NCBI GenBank assembly: GCA_951406725.2
Contig: OX597835.1
Span: 35,650,001 to 35,714,000, forward strand
Source: Octopus vulgaris
Lineage: Eukaryota
Length of the DNA: 64,000 bases
Direction: 5' to 3'
The stretch's first letter is position 1. Every line of letters starts with the position of its first letter. The translations under genes were made by a program, and so were the position numbers. The notes under the pieces were generated by a model. That model ran no database searches. It was not told where the DNA came from and saw nothing but the letters and a program-made list of their open reading frames with translations. Positions 14,229 to 25,477 of the stretch are shown here, piece by piece.

Positions 14229-15103
14229 CTAGCAGAATTGCCCGGCGATGCTCGGGGCTGAATTGCTTGAAAGTACTGTTAATGATTGCACTGAATTATG
14301 ATGATTATTCAGGCAAATATTGATATAAGTTTACGGTGGGAGATAAGGACTTAACGATCAAACGTGTGCCATTGCATTGTTTTGGGGGAACCAAATTTCT
14401 AATGAGCATTATAGGGGCACCAACTTTAAGTTTGAGAATGTGTGGTGGTAGTCCGGGGGGCTCAAAGGAATTGAGTACCTCTATTGGATAGTTGATGACG
14501 TCCTCTGGGTCAGGAGTTGTATCGATAGACTTATATACATAGACTTCCCCAGGAATGATTTTTTGCATTTCATCATTAATATGGTGAACAGTTTTATTCC
14601 TCGGGGCCAGAATAGCCCTTTGGCCAATCCAATCCATATTCTGATAATTAGCTTGTAGATCTGGGAACACTGCATCTCTGAGATCAGAAGGCGTTTTAAC
14701 AATGGTACAAATGGAATCGATGGCAATATTACCATTTTCATCCCCTGGTATTTTGCCTTCGCCAAGTTGAGAGTTAAAAAGGTCGAGTTGCGTCCCCTAG
14801 ACAGTCTGTACCAGGAATAGCTGGATATTGATGGAGTTGAGGGTTAAAAAGGTCGAGTTGCGCCCCCTAGACAGTCTGTGGTTTATGTTTCTGATTCTCG
14901 ACCCCATGTCAAATTTATCGATTTTTTTCAGAACTGGGGAAACTTTTCAAAATTTTCGCTGCGTTAGTTTTGAATTATGACATTGGGCTATGTGTGTGTC
15001 AAGTTTCATCAGAATCGGTTGAAAACCGTGGTCAGAGTGAGGGTACAACCTAACAGACACACAGACACGCACACAGACAAACTGCCGTTTATATATAGAG
15101 AGA
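14229..15103 (-). mobile_element. Internally deleted Helitron with both ends
   Basis: 5' TCTCTCTATATATAAAC at 15103, 3' hairpin cccg-agcatcgc-cggg then CTAG at 14229, inserted between A and T; carries a helicase fragment and a 44-bp internal duplication (14766/14836). Confidence 0.9.
14305..14670 (-). pseudogene. Helitron RepHel PIF1-like helicase fragment
   Basis: RAILAPRN..V..IN, LNSFEPPGLPPHILKLKVGAPIMLIRNL..CNGTRL are hallmark Helitron helicase motifs. Confidence 0.92.
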
Positions 15104-15218
15104 TTCGGCGTATACCCATCTATATACACATACAGAATTAGCTAAACCTACATAATCCTGGGAGTAGTTTTCTCCATTAATCTCGATACTCCATTGCAGC
15201 GATAATTTCTAATACACA

Positions 15219-15580
15219 GGCGCAGGAGTGGCTGTGTGGTAAGTAGCTTGCTTACCAACCAAATGGTTCCGGGTTCAGTCCCACTTCCTGGCACTTTAAG
15301 CAAGTGTCTTCTACTATAGCCTCGGGCCGACCAAAGCCTTGTGAGTGGATTTGGTAGACGGAAACTGAAAAAAGCCAGTGTGTCTGTGTTTGTCCCCCCC
15401 CTCCCACATCGCTTGGCAACCGATGCTGGTCTGGTGTGTTTACGTCCCTGTAACTTAGCGGTTCGGCAAAAGAGATCGATAGAATAAGTACTGGGCTTCC
15501 AAAGAATAAGTCCTGGGATCGATTTGCTTGACTAAAGGCGGTACTCAAATGACTGAAACAAGTAAAAGAGTAAAAGAGTA
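15219..15580 (+). mobile_element. SINE family B
   Basis: Colinear with 6656-7140, without the internal microsatellite. Confidence 0.88.
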
Positions 15581-15619
15581 TACAAATGCTTTACTAAATA
15601 AAAATTAAGGTTGACATTG

Positions 15620-15880
15620 TTGACTGAAAAAGTCCAAACAATCTATGCTCTGAAAGTTTTCTCTCAAGTGTTTGTAGAGAATGAACACATGATTAAGTTT
15701 ATAGCCTCTTGTACACTTCTCGCTAGGTCCGAGCGTTAGTGTCACGTGACAATATATTTTGCGCCTAAAAAGAAGGCCGACACGGTTGAGTGAAGAAGTC
15801 TACTTATATCCTAGGCACTCCAAATTTAATTTGTCTGGTGGGAGAGTGGACAGTTGTTTGTATGTAGTCCAATGGCTAAC
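15620..15880 (-). mobile_element. PLE GIY-YIG C-terminal remnant
   Basis: Reverse complement aligns to 745-990; broken frame FTQPCRPSF*AQNILSRDTNART*REV-QEAINLI. Confidence 0.5.
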
Positions 15881-15949
15881 ATTTAGATTGTTAGCTGTGT
15901 TAGCGGCAGAATGAATTTTGCGTGTGAATAGTTATTTGCGTATGTACAC

Positions 15950-16338
15950 TTTTACTGCGGCCATGCTGGAGCGCCGCCTTTAGTCGAGTAAATCGACCCC
16001 AGGACTTATTCTTCGGAAGCCTAGTACTTATTTTATCGGTCTGTTTTGCCGAACCGCTAAGTTACGGGGACGTAAACACACCACCATCGGTTGTCAAGCG
16101 ATGTTGGGGGGGGGACAAACATACACACACAAATATACACACACATACAAACATATATATATACATACATATATACGATTGGCTTCTTTCAATTTCCGTC
16201 TACCAAATCCACTCACAAGGCATTGGTCGGCCCGAGGCTATAGTAGAAGACACTTGCTCAAGGTGCCACACACTGGGACTGAACCCGGAACCATGTGGTT
16301 CGTAAGCAAGTTACTTATCACACAGTCACTCCTGCGCC
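15950..16338 (-). mobile_element. SINE family B
   Basis: Reverse-complement copy, tail-to-tail with 15219-15580. Confidence 0.88.
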
Positions 16339-16621
16339 TATTTAACTTTGTTAAAGATTGCTAAGTCTTGGTTTGTACTTTTGTATGAAAATATTTTCTT
16401 TGGTTATCCGTGCTTCATCTGTAGTGTTTGCTGAACATAGGTAGTGGTAAGACCTGGAATTTGGGGGACTTAGGTGTAAAAAAACTGACTATTCTCTACC
16501 AATTAAATCATATTCAAAACATACTAATTTGAGCTATGGACACCCTATAAAAACAGGGCAAGCTCCGAACACTAGTCAGAACCAAGACAGCTGCGACATA
16601 AGCCACGCCTTTCTATTTGAA

Positions 16622-16658
16622 CTTTTTGAAAATCACTGCACACTGAAACCGGTTAAAG
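16622..16658 (+). ncRNA. Minimal hammerhead motif (U3:A8 core)
   Basis: cttt TTGAAAA tcactgcacact GAAAC CG GTT aaag: stem I and palindromic stem III intact, stem II decayed. Confidence 0.5.
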
Positions 16659-16835
16659 CTTCAAATCTATTAATAAAATTATTTTAACTATTCTCAGTGC
16701 ATTTTCAACTTCTATTGTTCATATATTTTTACCCGTGTGGAATAAAATAACTTTCTTTATGTTATTTATCCTTTATAAAAGGTTAGCAATATGTTCCTAT
16801 CCTTTTATATGTTGCTATCATTGTACCTTGTGAAG

Positions 16836-16923
16836 CATCCTGTTGAGGGGGCGGTGTCTCTCTCATTAAAATATGAAATATATATCATATTATCGGACAC
16901 GTCTCCGAAACGGCCCGTCGATG
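16836..16923 (+). ncRNA. Type I hammerhead motif with long stem II (A6U core)
   Basis: catc CTGTTGA GGGGGC-G-GTGTC...GACAC-GTCTCC GAAAC GGCCC GTC gatg: all three stems pair, GUC triplet. Confidence 0.7.
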
Positions 16924-17567
16924 GAACATTATCTTCGTGTATTAATATGCCACGTATAATTGTATAATTGTATAATTTCAAATTTTCCACCGGACTCTGT
17001 GTTGTAACTTGTGAATATTTATTACCTTGTATCTTATCGTGTGAATTAATAATTATCGTGTAAATTATTAATTCCATAAGTCTTATATTATGTTGATGTT
17101 TTATATTTTGCCTGTGTATTTATATATATATGAGCATTTTTGAATATTTTTAGATATCTACGAGTTTTATCTTATATCATATCGACGTTTTATATCTGTT
17201 TTTTTTTATATCTATTTGTATATCTATTTATGTATTTATATATTTATTATGCCAACGTATTTTTTTTTATATTTTCAAAATATTTTTAGATATTTGCGTA
17301 TTTTTAAATATTAAATATTGATATGTTCATATACTTACATATTTTAATACGGTATTATCTGGAGATTTATATTGATTTATTAATGTCCAATGAAAGTACA
17401 CATATATATTGAATATTCTATCGGATAATAGGTCATGTTCCTCTAGTTTTCCGCTGGTATTTCCTCTATTGAAATCATAAATTGGAACTTAGCTCAATTG
17501 GAGCACTTTCATTCTAGCCCGTTTCTGGGCATTGTTAAAGTTAACAATCTCTACTTAAAATTGTATA

Positions 17568-17610
<43 letters not shown>

Positions 17611-17753
17611 AAAATTGAGGGAGATAAATTTGCCCGCCAAAGTTGGTTCTGGTGTTCGCTGAATTCTTCCTCTAGAGAATTTCCCTTGTAGTTTGATCGT
17701 TGATGATCTTTTTCTAGCATTCTGGCCGGCTACCTAGCAGGCCAGCCCTGCCA

Positions 17754-17824
<71 letters not shown>

Positions 17825-18017
17825 TTATAAATTAGGGTATGTACGAAATCCCACCATGCTGAAAATAGCAGCCATGATCTGACTTTAAAACCACCTAGGT
17901 GGTATCTCGTAGACACCCTAATTTATAATTTTAATAATTATTACCTTTGAAGGTTATTTTTTTCCATGCTGACCACTTGATAAAATCGTTGTTTCATTTT
18001 TAAATTAACGATCTTAT

Positions 18018-18078
<61 letters not shown>

Positions 18079-18089
18079 ATATATATATA

Positions 18090-18290
18090 CAGTAGTGGCC
18101 AAAATTAGAGAACAAAGATAAAAAATAAAGATATGAACATTTCTACTTCAATTTTTCGAATGGAATTTTCCCTGTATATACTTTAAAACATGTTTCTAAT
18201 AAATTTTGTAGGAAGTGATTAATAACTAAATAATTTATAAAAGAAACAATGTATTCGAAAAGTACAAGCTGGTCAAAATTAGAGAACGTA
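18090..18290. mobile_element. Tc1-like transposon end (IR/DR type)
   Basis: TA|CAGTAGTGGCCAAAATTAGAGAAC with inner direct repeat GGTCAAAATTAGAGAAC at 18271. Confidence 0.6.
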
Positions 18291-18588
18291 TGACATAAAT
18301 TTCAAGAAATCAAAATTTTACCAGAAATGTGTATAAGAAACAATATAGTTTTCACTCTAAAACTACACCTTCTCTACTCAAACAAACTATGTGAACTTTA
18401 GATTGTCAGTACAGTTCATATCCTAGTAGCTTACTGAAAATAACCATAGAGTTCCCCACAAGCCCTTTTACTATAAATAACTTTATTAAACGTGGTTGTT
18501 TCCACGTAGCTAATGATTTTATGTATTCTATGCCATGTATTATGTTTATACACACACACATATAGATAAACAAACGCTCATATGCATA

Positions 18589-18619
<31 letters not shown>

Positions 18620-19257
18620 GTAATCAAAGGTGCAGAAATAGCGTACTCCGAATAAATGAGGTGACGTAATACCATGGTAGAGAGACATCCATCAGTCGTG
18701 TACTCCAAAACTGTCGGAAGGACGTGGGGTTCATGTGAGCGTGCAGGACATAATCCAAAAAATGATTTAAAAAACGGAGAAAAAAATCAAAGAAAAATAC
18801 AAGAAGCATCGTGAGGAAGTAGTAGATGCAAAGTATTAATGAGACGCTCAGAGAAAGAAAAAAGTAGTTGTTTTATATTTCGAAACAGGAAAAACAGAAA
18901 AGTCCAAAGAAAAAGAATCGCCAGTAGACCACGGGTAGTTACATTTTTGAAGTGCTCGGGAAGGTTGGGTGGTAAAGTGACTACAGCGCCTGGGAGCGGA
19001 GTGGGGGAGTAGGATCGGAGAGAAGGGGGTAAAAGTGTGGGAAGAAGGGTTGGAATGGATAGGTAGGAGTGTCTAGGTGGAGAGCATGTGAGGGTTGGGT
19101 GCGGAAGTGGAAGGTGTAGTGATAGGGAGGGGAAGGTGTGGTGGCGCGGGTGGTGAAGATCTAGAAGGAAGCGGAGAATAGGTTGGATGAAGTACGGAGG
19201 GCAGAGGGAGGAAAGGAAAAGGTAAGCGTGCGGGAGTTGGTGGACAAGGGAGTGGTT

Positions 19258-19356
19258 GAGTGAGCGGGTGGAACGGATGGTAGCATGGATGAGTGAGCGG
19301 GTGGAACGGATGGCAGCATGGATGAGTGAGCGGGTGGAACGGATGGTAGCATGGAT
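19258..19356. repeat. 33-bp tandem repeat x3
   Basis: gagtgagcgggtggaacggatgg(t/c)agcatggat three times. Confidence 0.95.
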
Positions 19357-19988
19357 GAGGAGGCGGGAAGTGCAGGCGAGGATGGGTTCGATGAAGGGAG
19401 AAGAATAGGGGGTAACGTAGAACTTTAAGGGGAAGTCACGCGGTGTGACGTGATGATGGAAGCAACGGCTACGGAAAGAGAGATGGGTTGACTGGCGAGT
19501 TTTTTAAACAGCAAGTGAGAGATTTATATAAAGGATTGCAGACATTGAGGAGGAAGGTTGAAAAGAAAACGGGAGAGAAGAGGATGAAGGAATGGAGGTC
19601 CGGTGTGAATGTAGGTGGTAGGTGTGGGAGATGGTGAAGAGGAGGAAAAAGGAAGGAGGGTGGAAGGAGAACTGAAGTAAAATCAAGGGAAGGGAAGTGA
19701 AGCGGAAGAGTCACTGACAAATGATAAAGATTCACAATCAAAGGTGCAGAAATGGCGCGCTACGAAAGAATAAAGTGATGTAACACAATGGTAGAGAGAA
19801 ATCCAAGTATTAGGTTCTCCAAAACAGTCGGAAAGATGAGGGGTCCAGGTTAGCCTGCAGTAAATAATTAATTCAAAAAACGGAACAAAAAAGAAATAGA
19901 GAAGTCAACAAGAAAGAAAAAATAAAGAACGCCAGTACGTAGTAGATGCAAAGTGTTAATAAGGCGTTCGAGGGCGAAAAGAGTAGTC

Positions 19989-20023
19989 GTTTTACATTTC
20001 GAGCCTAGCTCTTCTTCGGAAAC
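19989..20023 (-). ncRNA. Minimal hammerhead motif (U4C core)
   Basis: Minus strand gttt CCGAAGA A GAGC-TAG-GCTC GAAAT GTA aaac. Confidence 0.6.
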
Positions 20024-20289
20024 AGGAAAAACAGGAAAGTCCAAAGGAAAAGAATCGCGAATAGTCCACGTGTAGTTATATTTTTTACACGTGGAATATT
20101 GGCGATTTTCCTTCCTTCTTTTTCCTTTGGACTTCTCTCTTTTTCCTGTTTCCGAAGGGAAGCTAGGCTCGAAACCTTAATCATCTACTCTTTTCCTTCT
20201 CCGAGGGCCTTATTAATACATGGCATGTGCTACGTCCTGATTTTGTTTTTCTTGTTGACTTTTTTCTCTCTCGGTATGTGTGCGTGTGT

Positions 20290-20565
20290 GTGTGAATAAA
20301 GCTGAATTTGAGACACTGTGCATTTTTCTCGCGTACGCGTAGTATCGATCGCAACAGCTGATATACTTGCGCGTACAAATGCATGTTCCCACGGCTTTAT
20401 CGATCGCATTATCACCTGGAATCAACTTTTGTAATTTTTTCAAGACTTATACACGCCCTGATACCGTCGGTATCTACATATCAAATTTGAGCGCAATCGG
20501 ATGGAGGATGCCCGAGATCCTAGAACACACACACACATACAAACAGAACAGATTTTATATAATAC
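20290..20565 (-). mobile_element. Helitron-like 5' end fragment
   Basis: Minus strand TATTATATAAAATCTGTTCTGTTTGTATGTG...CCGATTGCGCTCAAATTTG parallels the 5' region of the 14229-15103 Helitron. Confidence 0.45.
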
Positions 20566-20582
20566 ATACATACATACAAACA

Positions 20583-20639
<57 letters not shown>

Positions 20640-20644
<5 letters not shown>

Positions 20645-21100
20645 ATATAATTAGGGTTCAGCGACGATTAGCTTCACCACACACCGAAGTTTAGAAATAG
20701 CAGTCAAAATCCTAGCTATTCTTTCTACTTTAAAGGGAGTTCCCAGGAAAACCAAAGCACTTGAAAACAAATATTTGTGAAATATGTGAAATAATTGAGA
20801 TACGATTATTTATGATTATGGAATCCTACGCTGAAGAGACGAAAATAGTCGGGTAAGGTATGATTATTTATTATTTATGCTTTATAGTGGCTTAATTCCG
20901 AAACGTGCGTCCGTAGGCAACGTATTATAGAATGATTTTCGTCATTTTTTCCCCTTTTGCCTACGTGGTTTGTTTTCAAGTGCTTTAGTTTTTCTGGGAA
21001 CTCCATTTAAAGTAGAAAGAATAGCTAGGATTTTGACTGCTATTTCTAAACTTCGGTGTGTGGTGAAGCTAATCGTTGCTAAACCCTAATTATATAGTAT
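20640..21100. repeat. 132-bp inverted repeat enclosing a hammerhead (PLE fold-back unit)
   Basis: Arms 20640-20771 and 20969-21100 are near-perfect reverse complements; 197-bp spacer. Confidence 0.9.
20825..20917 (+). ncRNA. Type I hammerhead ribozyme motif, fully canonical core
   Basis: cctacg CTGAAGA G...C GAAAC GTGC GTC cgtagg: perfect 6-bp stem I, G10.1-C11.1, ACG/CGT stem III, GUC triplet; predicted cleavage after 20911. Confidence 0.8.
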
Positions 21101-21199
21101 TACTTAAACTTACCATAAAATGGTTTTTTTCATGCCGAATTCTACTTGGTGAAATTACTAATTACTTCTTAATTTAAAAAATTTCACCCTTTGTTATTA

Positions 21200-21244
<45 letters not shown>

Positions 21245-21246
<2 letters not shown>

Positions 21247-21720
21247 TTTTCTCCTCGCAGCCATTCCCTTTCTTCTCTCCCTTTCTCTTGCTCCTCTTCC
21301 CCCCTCCCGTCGTTCACCCGCGACGAGACTTCCGCTGCTGTCTTTCTGGTCTGGCCCTCTCAAGGTAATGGACGACAGTTCTTTTTGCACCGCTCGTCGT
21401 TCATAAAAAATTCCGCGTTCGCAATACTTTTTTTCGTTCGGCGTTAACAGCAATTCTTATCTTGTTTTTCCTTGTCCTGTCTTTTACTGTTTATAATTTG
21501 TACTGTCGTTATTGTCCTGTTTTTTTACCATTTTTACCCTCCTGCGAAAAGATCTCAGAATTTTAATTGATTTGCTTTTCGCAGGAAGGAAAGTTTCTTG
21601 TCGAAGATACGTCTCGCTTTTATCCTTCGAAACGTAGAGTAGATGAAACCATAGCGACTGAAGAAGGGTTTTTTTCTTTGTGTTAATTCTCCTGTACTCT
21701 ATTTTTTTGTTGTTTTAAAA
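21245..21720 (+). mobile_element. Probable PLE-related repeat fragment
   Basis: (TA)n-flanked, pyrimidine-rich; 11-bp hairpin at 21541/21575 and scattered HHR-like boxes. Family identity is inferred. Confidence 0.3.
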
Positions 21721-21948
21721 ACATGTATATATATATATGTATGTATGTATGTATGTATTTATACGCATATCTGATTTATATGCGGTGACAGATTCTAAAT
21801 AGTATCTAACTACATAATTGGCGATCTCGGGACTACGTAGGATACTCATGATCCATGTGTTGTAGAGGAAGATCAAACAGACTCACCACACGCGCACGCA
21901 CACACACATGTAGGTAGATAGATACATAACATGTGTATGTACATAAAT

Positions 21949-21995
<47 letters not shown>

Positions 21996-22303
21996 GTTGA
22001 AAATCAAATTCTTATATATAAAAGATGGAGGTGGAAAGAGCACAGAAGTATAACTAAGACATTTTAGTTTATTTCAGTTTCAGAAGGAATTTAATAAAAA
22101 CTGATTTAAAATATCATATAAAGAAAATATCACCGCTTTTGATGATGAATATCATCTTATCAAATATCAGTAAAAAATTATAAAAACGTGAAGCAAAGAG
22201 AGTTCAAATTCCGTCTGGGGATCAGAAACACACACACACAGACACATATACTTATATGTATGTTCAACGTAAGTTTAACACGCTTCAATAATGTGTACAT
22301 ATA

Positions 22304-22382
<79 letters not shown>

Positions 22383-22384
<2 letters not shown>

Positions 22385-22500
22385 GCGTAAGCACATAAAT
22401 GTAAAGCAAGGTGGAAAACTTTTAACAAAACTGTTCGACGAACAGGAAAGTGAAACTCTGAGTAACAGCTTTTGTTATATTTCTGCTGCCTTAAATAAAG
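22383..22500 (+). mobile_element. PLE pLTR fragment family C with HHR motif at 22431-22468
   Basis: ctgt TCGACGA ACAGGAAAGT GAAAC TCTGA GTA acag; homologous to 34030-34268 and 42212-42356. Confidence 0.65.
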
Positions 22501-22524
22501 TATATATATATATATATATATATG

Positions 22525-22725
22525 ACCGCGTGTGTATCGTTGGCGATTTTCTTTCTCTGTCTTCCCTTCCTTGGACATTTCCTCTCTAGGTTTCTGACGA
22601 AGAGCTCTGCTCGAAACGTTAAATCCTTCTTCATTCTTTCCTTTCCTGAGCGTCCAATAACACTATACTTGTTCCACGTTCTAGCATTGTTGTGTTTTCT
22701 CTTTGTTCATGTTTGGATTAATTAT
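22525..22725 (+). mobile_element. PLE pLTR fragment family B
   Basis: Homologous to 27110-27293 (downstream of the GIY-YIG ORF) and 56435-56625 (-). Confidence 0.7.
22589..22625 (+). ncRNA. Minimal hammerhead motif, canonical CUGACGA box
   Basis: ggttt CTGACGA A GAGC-TCT-GCTC GAAAC GTT aaatc: 5-bp stem I (one GU), loopless palindromic ACGT stem III. Confidence 0.72.
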
Positions 22726-23189
22726 ATATAAACATGCGTACATACGTGCATCCATCGATGTGCAAACACGCAGATACATATATATATATACGTATACAAA
22801 CATGTACGTATATATTTTCCCTGATGAAATATGCCGTAAGTCTTATATAAAACGAAGATCAATAATTATTTTAAGCCCTTTCAGTAACATTTATAATTAC
22901 CATCATAGTATTCCTGTTTATTCCCTCTTTCAAATCACTCTCGAGTAAAAAAACTTCATTTTGTAATTTGAAACGGAAACAGAAATACAAAATATTTAAT
23001 TTTTTCCCAAAATCAACTAAATAACTTAATCGACGATCGATACTATATAAAGTTTGTTTTATTTAAGGAAATTCCGATATTTTTTGACAGATATGCTAAA
23101 ATAAGGCACAGTAAACCTAAGTTATATTCAATCCATAGACTCTAGGACCTAGAGGCTTAGTAATAGATATATCTTAATGTGTATCTAAG

Positions 23190-23310
23190 GTGTGAGTGTG
23201 TTGTAAGAAACCACATGATTCCAGGTTCAATTCCACTGTGTGGTACCTTGGGCAAATTCTTCTACAATAGCTTCGGGCTGACCGAATCCTTGTGAGTTGA
23301 TTTTCTTGAC
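23190..23310 (+). mobile_element. Degenerate SINE family B head
   Basis: ccaggttcaattccactgtgtggtaccttgggcaa...ccttgtgagt. Confidence 0.65.
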
Positions 23311-23327
23311 GCATACTATAGGAAGCT

Positions 23328-23378
<51 letters not shown>

Positions 23379-23509
23379 AACACACAGACTAAGGCACAAA
23401 CATACATACACACACACACGCACACGCACACACACATACACAAACACATAACTATACATACATAATGCATACATATATATATATGTATGTATGTATCTAT
23501 CTATCAATA

Positions 23510-23548
<39 letters not shown>

Positions 23549-23549
<1 letters not shown>

Positions 23550-24320
23550 GCCGCGACCAGGATTTCGAGACCCAGTCTCAATACCTGGCCCGCCTGTTCA
23601 GGCTTCGAGGATACCCACCTACCCTGGTCTTGAACGCCCTCGCCCGCGCTCGTCGCATCCACCGCACCACCGCCCTTTCTCCTTCCAATCACCCATCACC
23701 CAACCGCACCCCCTTTCCCCTCCTTTTCCCCCCCTCTACTCTACCCCTTCGTCGGAAGATACTTCGTGCCTTCCGTCGTCTCCAGCTCGATTCCACGACT
23801 CACCGCATTTTTCTCCAACCCACCCCTATCCTCCTTCAAACGAGCCCGGAATCTACGCGACCTCCTGGTCCGTAGCACCCTCCCTTCTTCCCCCTCGGCC
23901 CCACTCGGATCCTTCCCGTGCTCCAGATCCCGCTGCAACTTCTCCCCCTTCATCACCCACACCACTGCTGTCACCGGTTCCAACCGGCGAACTGTACGTA
24001 TCAGGCATTCTTTTACGTGCACCTCGTCTGGACTCATATACTGCATTAAATGCAACCTCTGCGGAATGCTGTATATAGGACAGACGGGACGCCAGTTGTC
24101 AGACCGATTCGCCGAACATCTGATTGATGTTCGTCTACCCTCCGATTCTCCCGTCGCACGTTACTTCCGCTCGGCCAGCCATTCCCCCGATGACATCTCG
24201 GTGTTTGGTCTTGCCCCACACAACGGCTCTCCACAATCTAGGCTTCACTTGGAGCATCGGCTCATATTCCTTCTACAGACTCTAACCCCACACGGACTCA
24301 ACACAGCCCCCTCCTCTTAG
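23549..24320 (+). pseudogene. PLE (Neptune-type) RT thumb plus GIY-YIG endonuclease, 5'-truncated, one frameshift
   Basis: LFRLRGYP thumb motif, then FKRARNLRDLLV, C..RC linker, FTCTSSGLIYCIKCNLCGMLYIGQTGRQLSDRFAEH...LEHRLIFLLQTLTPHGLN. Confidence 0.92.
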
Positions 24321-24469
24321 TGACTGCGCTCCACTTCTCCCAAGCATCTTTTATTTTTTATTTTTTATTTTTTTCATTATTTTTTAATTATTATTTATTT
24401 TTTATTTTTTTTTTTTAATTTTAAAGATTTTTTTAAATTTTTTGAATTTTTATAATTGTCCTTATGCAG

Positions 24470-25446
24470 TCACACACACACATACTCACGTACACACGAA
24501 CAAACCTACTCCCAACACACCACACACACACAACGTACATGCACATGTACGCACACATACTTCCACACCTATACACACACCCACACACCCAAACACACCC
24601 ACGCGCACACACACACATGCCCGAGCACAAACACCAGTGACAATACTCATAGAGATACGCAAACTCCTATAAACACCTAGCTGAGACGCACAGATACACG
24701 CACGAAAGTGCACACACGCACAGAAGCACGCGCATGTACCTTACGCCCACACAACTCCAACCCCCCCACACGCATACATTCACACACACACATACATACG
24801 TACACGCACATAATACATACATACATAAACACACACGCATACATACACACACACGCATACATACATACATAAACACACATACATACACACACATACACAT
24901 ATGCACACATACATACATTCACACACACATACATACACACATACATACATACATACATACACACATACATATACATACACAGATACACACACACACATAC
25001 CCACACACACACGCACGCACACATACACACACATACATACATACATACATACACACACGTACACACATACATACATACATACATACATACATACATACAT
25101 ACATACATACATACACACATATATACACACATACACACACACACACAAACATACATACACACACATACACACTCACATACACATACACACATACACACAC
25201 ATACACACATACACACACATACATATACATACATACATACACACACACATACACACACTGACACATACACACACTGACGAATACACACACACATACACAC
25301 ATACATAGATACATACATACATATACATACATACGTACACACACGCACATACACACATACACGCATGCATACACGCATGCACAGATACATACATATATAG
25401 ACATAAATACACACATACATACGCACATACATACACACAGACACTT

Positions 25447-25477
<31 letters not shown>

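Larger units (their letters stand above)
16490..17745 (+). mobile_element. Diverged PLE tail, paralog of 1085-2060
   Basis: Shared blocks agccacgcctttctatttgaact..gaaaatcactgcac and gttctggtgttc..gaatt..gtagt..gatcgt..ctagcat; two HHR motifs inside. Confidence 0.55.
18622..20271 (-). mobile_element. Non-autonomous PLE derivative: two direct pLTRs, noncoding spacer, inverted partial pLTR
   Basis: Direct repeats 18622-18948 and 19736-20086; 20087-20271 is an inverted copy; HHR motifs at 19989 (-) and 20148 (+), deleted remnant at 18870; no RT. Confidence 0.7.

Noticed and set aside
19258-19356. CRISPR-like 33-bp repeats
   Set aside because: Units are contiguous with no spacers; eukaryotic context and no cas genes.
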